NCBI GenBank assembly: GCA_964540105.1
Contig: CAZILL010000003.1
Span: forward strand, 74,035-138,034
DNA length: 64,000 nt
From: an uncultured Ignavibacteriales bacterium
GTDB lineage: Bacteria; Zixibacteria; MSB-5A5; GN15; FEB-12
Direction: 5' to 3'
Position 1 is the first letter of the stretch. Every line of letters begins with the position of its first letter. The notes beneath the pieces were generated by a model. It was not told the DNA's origin. It searched no databases and saw nothing but the letters and a program-made list of their open reading frames with translations. Below, in pieces: positions 17,153 through 25,848 of the stretch. A program made the translations under genes and the position numbers.

Positions 17153-18541
17153 ATGAAAGATAACCAAACTATGGATAAGTCGTATTCCCGACAGATTGCT
17201 GAGTTCGCCGCCGGCCTCTCTTTCGAGAGTCTTCCGGAGGACGTCGTTCACGAAGTCAAACGATACTTGTACGATTCAATCGGCTGCGCTTACGGGGGGT
17301 ACCACACGAAAGATGTGCGAATCTTGCGCGAGCTCTACTTGAATATGGGCGGCAGCAAGGAGTCAACTCTAATCGGATTTGGCGAGCGGCTGCCAGCTGT
17401 CAACGCGACGCTGGTGAACGCCCTCATGGTACGCGCTCTGGATTTTAACGATATTTACTGGAAAGAGGATCCCTCTCATCCCTCAGACCTCATACCGGCG
17501 GCGCTGGCAGTCGGTGAACTCGTGGACGTTTCAATGAAGGAAGTCGTAGTCGCCATCGCGCTCGCCTACGAATTCGAGATGCGTTTATGTGAGTTCGCCG
17601 TGCCCGGGGTGCGGGAACGCAAATGGCATCACGCAACACTAACGCAATTCGTCTCTCCCATTGTAGCCGGGAAGTTGTTGAAGCTGACGGTAGACCAGAT
17701 GGTTCACGCCATTGGAATCAATGGTTCGCACAATCTCACGATTGGCTGTCCAACAGCCGGGAAGCTGACCATGATGAAGAACACCGTCGATCCAATGGCC
17801 GTGCAGTCCGGGGTCTTTGCCGCTCTTATGGCCCAGAGAGGATACACCGGAACGGAAGCGGTGTTTGAGGGGAAAGAGGGGCTGATGGATGTGTTCGGAC
17901 CGAAATGGGATACCGACAAGCTGCTCGGCGACCTGGGAAAGCGATTCAAGATTCTTGACTGCAGCATGAAGGCGTTTCCTACCGAGGCGCTTACTCACAC
18001 CCACATCACGACAACTCTCAAGGTCGTTCGAGAGAATCGTATCAGCTTTGATCAGATTGAACGCGTAACGGTTACCACGATTGCTCGCGCCTGCGATATC
18101 CTCTTTGATCCCCACAAGTATAGGCCGGAGTCGCGTGAGACCGCCGATCATTCGCTCCCGTATTGCATTGCGGCCGCACTTGTTGACCATCAGGTCACGA
18201 CGCAGTCGTTCTCAGAAGAGAAACTGAAGGACCCGCGGATTTGGGAAGTGATTGACAAGATCAAGGGAGAGGCCTCGCAGGAGTTCGAGAGAATGTTCCC
18301 CGCAAAGCAGCCGTCCAAGGTTGTCGTGAAGACTAAGGATGGTCGTGAGTTTTCCGCCTACCTTGAGTATCCCAAGGGGGACCCGCGGGAACCGATGTCG
18401 ATGGAAGATCTGGAAGCGAAATTCAACGCGCTGTCCGGCACGCTTCTTCCCGTGACTCGTCAGAAGGAAGTGCGCGATGTGATCTTCGCCTGCGACAAAC
18501 TCAGCGCCGCCGATTTCATGAAGAAACTGATCGTCGCCTGA
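17153..18541 (+). CDS. MmgE/PrpD-family protein (2-methylcitrate dehydratase-like)
   Basis: Typical PrpD N-terminus (IAEFAAGLSFESLPEDVVHEVKRYLYDSIGCAYGG) and length of 462 aa. Lies 6 nt downstream of the aconitase-family gene. Confidence 0.8.
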   Translation: MKDNQTMDKSYSRQIAEFAAGLSFESLPEDVVHEVKRYLYDSIGCAYGGYHTKDVRILRELYLNMGGSKESTLIGFGERLPAVNATLVNALMVRALDFNDIYWKEDPSHPSDLIPAALAVGELVDVSMKEVVVAIALAYEFEMRLCEFAVPGVRERKWHHATLTQFVSPIVAGKLLKLTVDQMVHAIGINGSHNLTIGCPTAGKLTMMKNTVDPMAVQSGVFAALMAQRGYTGTEAVFEGKEGLMDVFGPKWDTDKLLGDLGKRFKILDCSMKAFPTEALTHTHITTTLKVVRENRISFDQIERVTVTTIARACDILFDPHKYRPESRETADHSLPYCIAAALVDHQVTTQSFSEEKLKDPRIWEVIDKIKGEASQEFERMFPAKQPSKVVVKTKDGREFSAYLEYPKGDPREPMSMEDLEAKFNALSGTLLPVTRQKEVRDVIFACDKLSAADFMKKLIVA

Positions 18542-18561
18542 CATCCAGGAATTCAGATATA

Positions 18562-19992
18562 ATGGCCAAGGAAAAACCACAGCGCGTCCGGCCGGTTCTT
18601 CTCAAGGGGTTTCGCGACTACCCACCAGCAGAGCAGATTGCGCGTGAGAGTATGTTGGGCACAGTGCGCGAAGCCGTCGAATTGATGGGTTTTCTGCCGC
18701 TGCAGACATCATCGCTCGAGTGTGCGGATGCGTTGCTTGGACCGCACTACACGAAGGATTCGCTGGCGGAACTGTTTGGGTTTCACGGCCCCGACGATGT
18801 CGACATGGCGCTTCGTTATGAATTCACTCTCTCGCTTGCACGATATGTGGCGGCCACGCCAGAGTTACCGCTTCCTTTTCGAAGGTACCAGTACGGCAAT
18901 GTGTGGCGAGTCGACAAGCCGGGTCCCGGCCGATATCGCGAGTTCATGCAATTCGATATTGATATTGTTGGCACACAAAATCTACTGGCTGACGCCGAGA
19001 TCATCGCGGCTATGGTGACTATTATCGATCACCTCGGCATCAGAAAATTCAAAGTACGTTTCTCGAATCGGAAGCTTCTGAATGGAATGATAGAGTGGGC
19101 AGGGGTACCGGTTGAGCGAGGCGCAGACGTGCTTCGGGTCATAGATAAGCTCGAGAAGCAGGGGCGTGAATCTGTTCTGCAGGAGCTTGGGCCAGGGCGT
19201 GTGGACAGGTCTGGCGACAGAATTGACGGGCTTCACCTGCCCGATGCCCAGATAGGCTCTGTTGCAGCGTTTCTTGATCTGGCTGCGTCCCATGAGTCAG
19301 ATCCTCTGGAGAAGGTGGAGACCTTACTCGCGGGAATCCCACAGGCTGCAACGGGGGTTTCGGAACTGCGTGAAATCCAGAGTCATCTGAGCGCGATGTC
19401 GATCGACCAGCAGAAAACCGTCGTGGACCTGACCATAGTTCGCGGCCTCGGTTACTACACCGGACCAGTGTTCGAAACGACCCTTGATGAACTTCCTGAG
19501 TTTGGTTCTGTGTTTTCAGGCGGGCGCTATGACAATCTGGTGGAACGATTCCTCAATAAGCAATTCCCTGCCGTTGGAACCTCGCTCGGTGTGGATCGAC
19601 TGCTGGCGGCCCTAATCCAGTTGAAGACACTCGACCTTCCAGCATGCACGTCGCAAGTGCTGGTGACAGTTATGGATCGTGAGCGGCTGCCGGACTACTT
19701 GACCATCCTCCACGACCTACGAGAAGCCGGAATTCGTGCTGAAATCTATTCGGGGGACACCAAGAACCTGACAAAGCAGGTTAAGTACGGGGACAAAGTC
19801 GGGATTCCATTCGCTGTGATCGCCGGCTCCAACGAATTCGATTCAGGTACGGTGACAGTCAAGAACCTTGTGGCAGGGAGGGAACGGGCAACCCAGGCGA
19901 CTGACCGTGATCAGTGGCTTTCCGCCGAGGGGTTTCAGGAAACCATCCCCTTGGCGAACCTGATTGACTACTTCAAGAGAAACCTGCCTTAA
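18562..19992 (+). CDS. hisS: Histidine--tRNA ligase
   Basis: Class II motifs RYREFMQFDIDIVG and GGRYDNLV, plus a C-terminal anticodon-binding domain. Confidence 0.9.
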   Translation: MAKEKPQRVRPVLLKGFRDYPPAEQIARESMLGTVREAVELMGFLPLQTSSLECADALLGPHYTKDSLAELFGFHGPDDVDMALRYEFTLSLARYVAATPELPLPFRRYQYGNVWRVDKPGPGRYREFMQFDIDIVGTQNLLADAEIIAAMVTIIDHLGIRKFKVRFSNRKLLNGMIEWAGVPVERGADVLRVIDKLEKQGRESVLQELGPGRVDRSGDRIDGLHLPDAQIGSVAAFLDLAASHESDPLEKVETLLAGIPQAATGVSELREIQSHLSAMSIDQQKTVVDLTIVRGLGYYTGPVFETTLDELPEFGSVFSGGRYDNLVERFLNKQFPAVGTSLGVDRLLAALIQLKTLDLPACTSQVLVTVMDRERLPDYLTILHDLREAGIRAEIYSGDTKNLTKQVKYGDKVGIPFAVIAGSNEFDSGTVTVKNLVAGRERATQATDRDQWLSAEGFQETIPLANLIDYFKRNLP

Positions 19993-20046
19993 TGCAAATC
20001 TACGCTCGTGGTCAGGAGCCGGCAGAGACAGAGCAGTCCTCTTGAT

Positions 20047-20060
20047 TTGACAATAGTCAA
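20047..20060. promoter_or_regulatory. CRP/FNR-type palindrome TTGAC-N4-GTCAA upstream of the polyferredoxin gene
   Basis: Perfect inverted repeat ttgacaatagtcaa. TATTAT at 20084-20089 would put the site centre about 41 nt upstream of a start near 20095. Confidence 0.35.
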
Positions 20061-20093
20061 AGTGTTTTCCGAGCTTCCGACGATATTATACTC

Positions 20094-21158
20094 ATGGACT
20101 CTGCAAAAGCAATGGCCGGCATGACGGAAGCGCTACACACCAGCTCGAGAAAGAGAAGGGCGGAGGGTGTACAGCAGTTTCGATTCTTCAGCCAGCTTCT
20201 GGCCCTGGGCGTGAATGTTTGGATTGGCATACAGTTCTATCTCTTCGTAAAGTACATCGGTGCAGGCGGGCAAGGGGGATCGATTGCTCGCCCCCCGGGA
20301 GTTGAGGGGTGGCTGCCAATTGGCGCGTTAGTATCGGTGAAGCACTTCCTTTCGACCGGCATCATCAACTCGGTTCATCCGGCCGGTTTCGTCATATTCG
20401 TTGTGATTTTACTAAGCGCCCTTCTCTTCAAGAAGGGATTCTGCTCCTGGATCTGTCCAGTGGGATTCATCTCAGAGATGCTTGGCAATATCTCCGACAA
20501 ACTCTTTGGCCGGAAAGTAAAGCCTCCACGTTGGCTCGACTATCCGCTGAGATCGTTGAAGTACATTATCCTCCTGTTCTTCATCTACGCCATTCTCATC
20601 AGCATGAACGCGACGGCGACAGAATCATTCCTGTATTCCAACTACAATATGGTGGCAGATATCCTGATGCTCCGGTTTTTCACTGAGATTTCTATGTTTG
20701 CTCTGGGCGTGATCAGTCTGCTGTTCGTGCTCTCCCTGGTCGTGCGTGGTTTCTGGTGCCGATACTTGTGCCCCTACGGAGCGCTGCTTGGCGTTGCTGG
20801 CCTGCTCTCGCCAACACGTATTCGACGTTCCGCGAGCAGTTGCATCGATTGTTCCGCCTGCGCAAGGGCCTGTCCTGCGTTCATCAAAGTCGACAAGGTG
20901 ACAGAAGTGATTTCCGACGAATGTATTGGCTGCATGGCCTGTGTTGACTCCTGCCCCGTGCAACAGACGCTCGAAGTCAAGATGGCGCGAAAGAAATGGG
21001 GTGCCTCCACCTTGAAATGGGCGGCGCTGCTTGTGCTCTGCTTCTGGGGCCCTCTGCTCATCGCGAAATTCTGGGGACCATGGCAGAATAGTATCACCGT
21101 CGATCAATATGTCCGATTCATGCCGGGGATTCTCTCGGGCCGGTACGGGCACCCGTAA
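20094..21158 (+). CDS. Membrane-bound polyferredoxin (NapH/MauN/YccM-like 4Fe-4S protein)
   Basis: Several TM helices. Motifs CSWICPVG and CRYLCPYG, plus two ferredoxin motifs CIDCSACARACP and CIGCMACVDSCP. Confidence 0.75.
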   Translation: MDSAKAMAGMTEALHTSSRKRRAEGVQQFRFFSQLLALGVNVWIGIQFYLFVKYIGAGGQGGSIARPPGVEGWLPIGALVSVKHFLSTGIINSVHPAGFVIFVVILLSALLFKKGFCSWICPVGFISEMLGNISDKLFGRKVKPPRWLDYPLRSLKYIILLFFIYAILISMNATATESFLYSNYNMVADILMLRFFTEISMFALGVISLLFVLSLVVRGFWCRYLCPYGALLGVAGLLSPTRIRRSASSCIDCSACARACPAFIKVDKVTEVISDECIGCMACVDSCPVQQTLEVKMARKKWGASTLKWAALLVLCFWGPLLIAKFWGPWQNSITVDQYVRFMPGILSGRYGHP

Positions 21159-21180
21159 TCGGCATCGAGGAAGGACCGAT

Positions 21181-21939
21181 ATGGCACGCAATTCTGTTTT
21201 TGATCGCTACGCCCACGAATACGACTGGATGACCAACGCGTCTGCTCGTGAGGTGCAGCATGACCGTGAAGTAGTAGCCCTGATCGGGAAGTACCATCCG
21301 ACCAAAGTTCTTGACGCCGGATGCGCCACCGGACTGACCAGCACGCTGTTTGCGAGACATAACGTGAGAGCGACCGGACTGGATCAGTCAAAGGCGATGA
21401 TCGCAATCGCTCGTGAAAAGAGCCGAGATTCCAATCTGCCGCTGCAGTATATGTTGGGCAGCTTCGAGGAGCTCCCACGACGGATGCGTGAAGGATTCGA
21501 TTTAGTCGTCTCTTTGGCCAACAGCCTGAGCGGCGCCGCCACGATTTCCGATCTCAAGCGATACTTGCGCAGCTTCCACGCTGCCCTTCGTCCGGGTGGC
21601 ACGGTCGTTGTCCAATTGCTCAACGCGAAAGCGCTCAAGCTCGGTCAAGGTGTGCCGCTTAAGGCCACCGAAAATGGGGGGATCATCTACCTTCGTCACC
21701 TTGAACGATCGGCGAGAGGATTAACTCTTGAGGTCATCCGAGTAGATAGTCAGGCGGATCCCATAACTTTCGACGTGTTCCATTCTGCGTTCCCCGGATT
21801 CACAAGGTCGATGCTGACCGACGCGCTGGCGTCGAGCGGCTATCGTCGGATTCGCTGTTTCAGTAATCTCTTCCTGACCGAGTCGTTCCACCAGAAGTCC
21901 CGCGATCTTGTCGTCGTGGGAACCAAGCCGGCTCGTTGA
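21181..21939 (+). CDS. Class I SAM-dependent methyltransferase
   Basis: Motif I is VLDAGCATG and post-I is ATGLDQS. Start at ATG 21181 with GGAAGGA upstream; the track ORF extends spuriously upstream. Confidence 0.7.
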   Translation: MARNSVFDRYAHEYDWMTNASAREVQHDREVVALIGKYHPTKVLDAGCATGLTSTLFARHNVRATGLDQSKAMIAIAREKSRDSNLPLQYMLGSFEELPRRMREGFDLVVSLANSLSGAATISDLKRYLRSFHAALRPGGTVVVQLLNAKALKLGQGVPLKATENGGIIYLRHLERSARGLTLEVIRVDSQADPITFDVFHSAFPGFTRSMLTDALASSGYRRIRCFSNLFLTESFHQKSRDLVVVGTKPAR

Positions 21940-22015
21940 CCGGGAAGCGGTGAGTACTAACATCCCTGTTTTCAGTTGCAAAACGGGTGTGCTCAGCGTT
22001 CCTTGCGCTGTCGTT

Positions 22016-23500
22016 ATGCGTACCTGTGTCCTAATAGCCATTGTATTTGCCACTCTTGGGGTTTCGTCCGCTCAGGCGGGAATGCGAAGTGTCAAACGCT
22101 CTCCTTCAGTTGAGAGTTATCGACCGACAGGGGAGACGCGCATCTGGACCTTTGTTTCGCGCGACTCAACTGTCGGGCACCTGATCTCAACCATAGAAGA
22201 GAGCAGAACGATCAACGGACAGAAGGCGGTGGTCATCTCCGAGAAGCTGAAGTATGATTACCGCAAGATCGGCTCGGAGTTGTCAATCGATGCCAACGGT
22301 AAGCATTTCGTGTCACAAGAGGGATACTATCTCGGCGAGCAGGTCATGCTCAGTATGGCGGGGAAGAAAGAGGAACTTGAGCTCGAGAGAGACGGCGACA
22401 AGCTGGTCGGGTTCTTCACGCGAGGAGACGAGAAGATTGATCAGACGCTGGCATGCGGCAGTACTCGCTTTGCGTGGGATAACTCGTATGTTGATCAGCT
22501 GGAGTTGTATTTCACCATGCATGATCTGTCGGTCGGCATGGTGCTTCAGGATTCAGTCTTCGCGGCCCTTCCGATGGTCACCTCCGCTTTTCGGGCGGAA
22601 GTCGTGAACTTTGATCATGTCCGCCTCTACAACGAAAAATTCGACTCCGCCTTTGTCATTCAGATCACTCAGCCGCAGAACATGCGCGTGTTCTTCACTC
22701 CCGATAAACGTCTGGTGAAGATCGATATGGTAGATGCGAGCACGAAGATATATCTCGACGCTGTCACTCGGCCACCGTTCGGCAGCGCGACCGGAAGATC
22801 GAAAGCATCCGTCTTATCGTATCTCCCGTCGATCATTACGTCTGCCATGCTTGCCTTCATCGCGATCCTGTTCTACGGTTGGCGCGGTTTCAAGTCCAGC
22901 CTCTCGGCATGGGCCGCTCTCTTTGGAGCCATAGCCTTCTGGGCGACCCCGTTCACGCTGATTCCGCTACAGATGTGGCTGGTCAAGTCGTGGCTGGTGC
23001 CGCAGTTCAATGCCGGAGGGTCGCTCTATCTGCTCAGTCTTGTTCCAAGCCTCGCCGCGGGATTAATTCAGGAGCTGCTCAAGTTCTCCGCGGTCGGTTT
23101 TGTTGCTCGCTTGCGACCGGTGAAATCATTTCAATGGGTAAGTTTCGGCGCCTTCACGGGAGCAAGCTTCGGATTCTTCGAGGCATGTTATCTGGCCGGC
23201 ACCAGTCCTGTCCAACCCCTCGTTTCGCTGGATCTTCTCGGGCGGGCATCCTTCATGCTTTTCCACGCGTCATCAGGACTTCTTCTCGGACTGTCGCTCA
23301 AAAGGGGCAGAAACCCCATGATCGTCATACTCGCAGGGACAATCGTAACGAACGCGCTCTTTCGGTATCTTCCGGTATTTGTCCAGCAGAAGGCCGCGCC
23401 GGTAACAGCCGTGTACTTAGTGATCTGTTTGCTCGCGACCCTGAGCGTTCTTGCAACGCTTGTTGTGGGGAAGAGACACGCGGCGCGATTCAGTTCGTGA
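22016..23500 (+). CDS. Two-domain membrane protein: signal peptide, ~270-aa extracytoplasmic domain, then a polytopic C-terminal domain (possible YhfC/CPBP-like intramembrane protease)
   Basis: Signal MRTCVLIAIVFATLGVSSAQAG. The C-terminal TM region carries spaced polar motifs IQELLKF, GFFEACY and FHASSG that resemble glutamate/histidine intramembrane protease families. The family assignment is tentative. Confidence 0.5.
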   Translation: MRTCVLIAIVFATLGVSSAQAGMRSVKRSPSVESYRPTGETRIWTFVSRDSTVGHLISTIEESRTINGQKAVVISEKLKYDYRKIGSELSIDANGKHFVSQEGYYLGEQVMLSMAGKKEELELERDGDKLVGFFTRGDEKIDQTLACGSTRFAWDNSYVDQLELYFTMHDLSVGMVLQDSVFAALPMVTSAFRAEVVNFDHVRLYNEKFDSAFVIQITQPQNMRVFFTPDKRLVKIDMVDASTKIYLDAVTRPPFGSATGRSKASVLSYLPSIITSAMLAFIAILFYGWRGFKSSLSAWAALFGAIAFWATPFTLIPLQMWLVKSWLVPQFNAGGSLYLLSLVPSLAAGLIQELLKFSAVGFVARLRPVKSFQWVSFGAFTGASFGFFEACYLAGTSPVQPLVSLDLLGRASFMLFHASSGLLLGLSLKRGRNPMIVILAGTIVTNALFRYLPVFVQQKAAPVTAVYLVICLLATLSVLATLVVGKRHAARFSS

Positions 23501-23633
23501 TCTCGCCCCCGGCAAATCAAATGGCTTTAGTCTTGACACTTATCCGCGCGCTGAACTACTTTTATCAGTGTTTTCCGGCGGCAGGAGGCTGTTTCGGAAC
23601 GAAGGAGATGGTAACAGAGGCGGCGGTATCATA

Positions 23634-24605
23634 ATGTCGGAACGAGTGATCTATGCGGGGGTAGATATCGGGGGAACAAGTATCAAGTGTGGACTTGTTG
23701 ACGACAAAGGAAAGATCCTGCACAAGGAACAGCGCCCAACGATGGTCGAGAAGGGGGCTGAGCCGCTCATGCACCTCGTGACGAACGTATCCGAACGACT
23801 TCTTTACCAGGCCTCGGAAGAAGACTATCATGTGCGGTGGCTGGGTGTCGGTACCCCTGGAGCGGTTGACAGTCGGTCGGGAAAAGTGATCAGCGTGAGC
23901 CCGAATATCGCGGGCTGGCAGGGGATGGAGATCGGGCGTATCCTCAAGGATCGATTGAATATTCCAGTGCTTGTAGACAACGACGTCAACGCGATGGCCC
24001 TAGGAGAGTTCCGATTCGGGGCCGGTATCGGCTATAAGTCTGCGATCTGTGTCGCCATCGGCACCGGCGTTGGAGGGGCAGTGATTCTTGAAGGGAAGCT
24101 CTGGCGGGGGGCGAACTTCACAGCCGGGGAGCTTGGGCATATGACGATCAACACGAGCGGTCCCCGCTGTCGATGTGGCAACATTGGATGCATTGAAACG
24201 TATTGCTCTTCAGAATCGATGATTGAAAGAGCTAAGGGTATGTTGGGGAATACGTTGACTCCTATATTTGAAGATGTTCTCGAGGGGTCGCTGACGAACC
24301 TGAACATCAAGAAGCTCTTCACCGCCGCAAAAAGGGGAGATGAGATTGCTTCAGCCGTGATTACCGAAACAGCCGAGCTTCTGGGGGCGGGACTGGCGGG
24401 AGTAGTGAATCTTTTTAACCCTGAGATCGTAATAATCGGTGGCGGCGTGGCCGATGGCGGCGGTGGATTCGTCGAGGCCGTTTCGGCGGCAATAAGGAAG
24501 CGAGCGTTCAGCACGGCCGTAGAGTCGCTAAGGGTGGCAAAGGCTACGCTCGGAAACGACGCCGGCTTTATTGGCGCCAGTATACTCGGCGACGTAGTCA
24601 GTTAG
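23634..24605 (+). CDS. ROK-family sugar kinase (glucokinase-like)
   Basis: N-terminal GVDIGGTSIK. ROK zinc motif GHMTINTSGPRCRCGNIGCIETYCS. Start at ATG 23634. Confidence 0.85.
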   Translation: MSERVIYAGVDIGGTSIKCGLVDDKGKILHKEQRPTMVEKGAEPLMHLVTNVSERLLYQASEEDYHVRWLGVGTPGAVDSRSGKVISVSPNIAGWQGMEIGRILKDRLNIPVLVDNDVNAMALGEFRFGAGIGYKSAICVAIGTGVGGAVILEGKLWRGANFTAGELGHMTINTSGPRCRCGNIGCIETYCSSESMIERAKGMLGNTLTPIFEDVLEGSLTNLNIKKLFTAAKRGDEIASAVITETAELLGAGLAGVVNLFNPEIVIIGGGVADGGGGFVEAVSAAIRKRAFSTAVESLRVAKATLGNDAGFIGASILGDVVS

Positions 24606-24620
24606 GAGAAGGAAGAGGCA

Positions 24621-24995
24621 ATGCCCAAAATTGAACAGACAAGCACGCTGATCTTTTCAGCTGTCAAGTGGCATGGATACGTGATCGCCGGTGTGTTCCT
24701 GGTGTATGGAGGGATTAAGATCGTACTGTCGTTTCTTGACCGAACCTTCACTGACATCGGGCAATCGTTTGTGTTTCTACTCGTAGGTTTGTTGCTGATC
24801 TCTATCGTCATAGCGTATCGAAGTGGGAAGTTGTGGGGATGGTACGGCCTGGTGACGGTCAACTCGGCCGTGATACTGCTTTCGCTCTTCGGGCTTGGGC
24901 ATATCGAGAGTATTGTCTTGCTTGCTATTTCACTGCTGGCGCTCACTGCGCTCATGTCGCCTGCCATCAAGAGCAGCGTCTTCAATACTCCTTAG
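24621..24995 (+). CDS. Small integral membrane protein (about 4 TM), unknown function
   Basis: Hydrophobic helices throughout, with a GGAGAAGGAAGAGG purine-rich leader. The antisense ORF is judged spurious. Confidence 0.55.
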   Translation: MPKIEQTSTLIFSAVKWHGYVIAGVFLVYGGIKIVLSFLDRTFTDIGQSFVFLLVGLLLISIVIAYRSGKLWGWYGLVTVNSAVILLSLFGLGHIESIVLLAISLLALTALMSPAIKSSVFNTP

Positions 24996-25056
24996 AAAAC
25001 CGTTGACTTCACTGCGAAACCGACTACCTTGGCGTTTCTTCGAGTGCTGAGCACAT

Positions 25057-25129
<73 letters not shown>

Positions 25130-25210
25130 TTTTTGGACTTCCGACAGCGCGAGACGCACGCTTCAAGAATTTGTCATTAGGGGTAGAGACTCTCCGAAAT
25201 TCCAGTGGGC

Positions 25211-25651
25211 TCAGCTGTTGTTCTGAACAACAGGAGTAGCGCACGTGCCACAACCGCCGCACGCCTTGATTTCGTTTGTCAGCATATCAACTCTGACTTC
25301 TGCCAGCAGTTGTGTTCCGGCTGGGGATCCGATAATGGAATCGATTGCGCAGGGGCTATCGACTGTACCTGTGTCGGTTCCAACAAGTGTCCTCAGTCCC
25401 ATCTGTAGAGCCAAGAGGTGCTTCACTGAAAGAAACTCCCAGGTCGTGCTTTGCAGCTTGATCGCCTGAAGCATCTGATCTGGAGTTGTGGCGAGGACTT
25501 CGAGAGCCGGGCGTTGATCTACCCAGCGACGCAAGAGTGACGGGTTTCCGACCGCCGCTCCACAGGTTCTCTTGGTCAGCGAGTAATGAACAACCCGTTC
25601 GGTGTTGTCGAGGGTGATGCTGAGGATTTCAGTTACATCATTGCACGGCAT
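25211..25651 (-). CDS. Hypothetical protein with C-terminal CGGCGTC cysteine motif
   Basis: 146-aa ORF divergent from hrcA. No family recognised and no clear SD. TTGACT lies upstream on the minus strand. Confidence 0.35.
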   Translation of the reverse strand: MPCNDVTEILSITLDNTERVVHYSLTKRTCGAAVGNPSLLRRWVDQRPALEVLATTPDQMLQAIKLQSTTWEFLSVKHLLALQMGLRTLVGTDTGTVDSPCAIDSIIGSPAGTQLLAEVRVDMLTNEIKACGGCGTCATPVVQNNS

Positions 25652-25764
25652 AACACACGATAGCAGTGATCAACGATTGAAGTCAAGGGGAGTTATGCCG
25701 CTATACCGCAGAGCCAACGACGACAATCTGACCGTTTTTTGATAGTGGCGTGAACCAATTGGGC

Positions 25765-25792
25765 TTGACTTTTGTCTTAAACAATGTAGATT
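25765..25792 (+). promoter_or_regulatory. Candidate sigma70-type promoter of the hrcA operon
   Basis: TTGACT (25765-25770), a 16-nt spacer, then TAGATT (25787-25792), about 57 nt upstream of the hrcA ATG. Confidence 0.4.
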
Positions 25793-25848
25793 GTACGCGA
25801 TACTGCCAAGATGGTCTGCCGGAATGGCAGGTCATTGAAAGGTGATAT

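Noticed and set aside
25030-25056. cgagtgctgagcac just upstream of tRNA-Phe resembles a CIRCE half-site (GAGTGCTAA)
   Set aside because: No matching TTAGCACTC half lies 9 nt upstream. It is only a 5-bp palindrome, GTGCT-G-AGCAC, and it precedes a tRNA rather than a chaperone gene.
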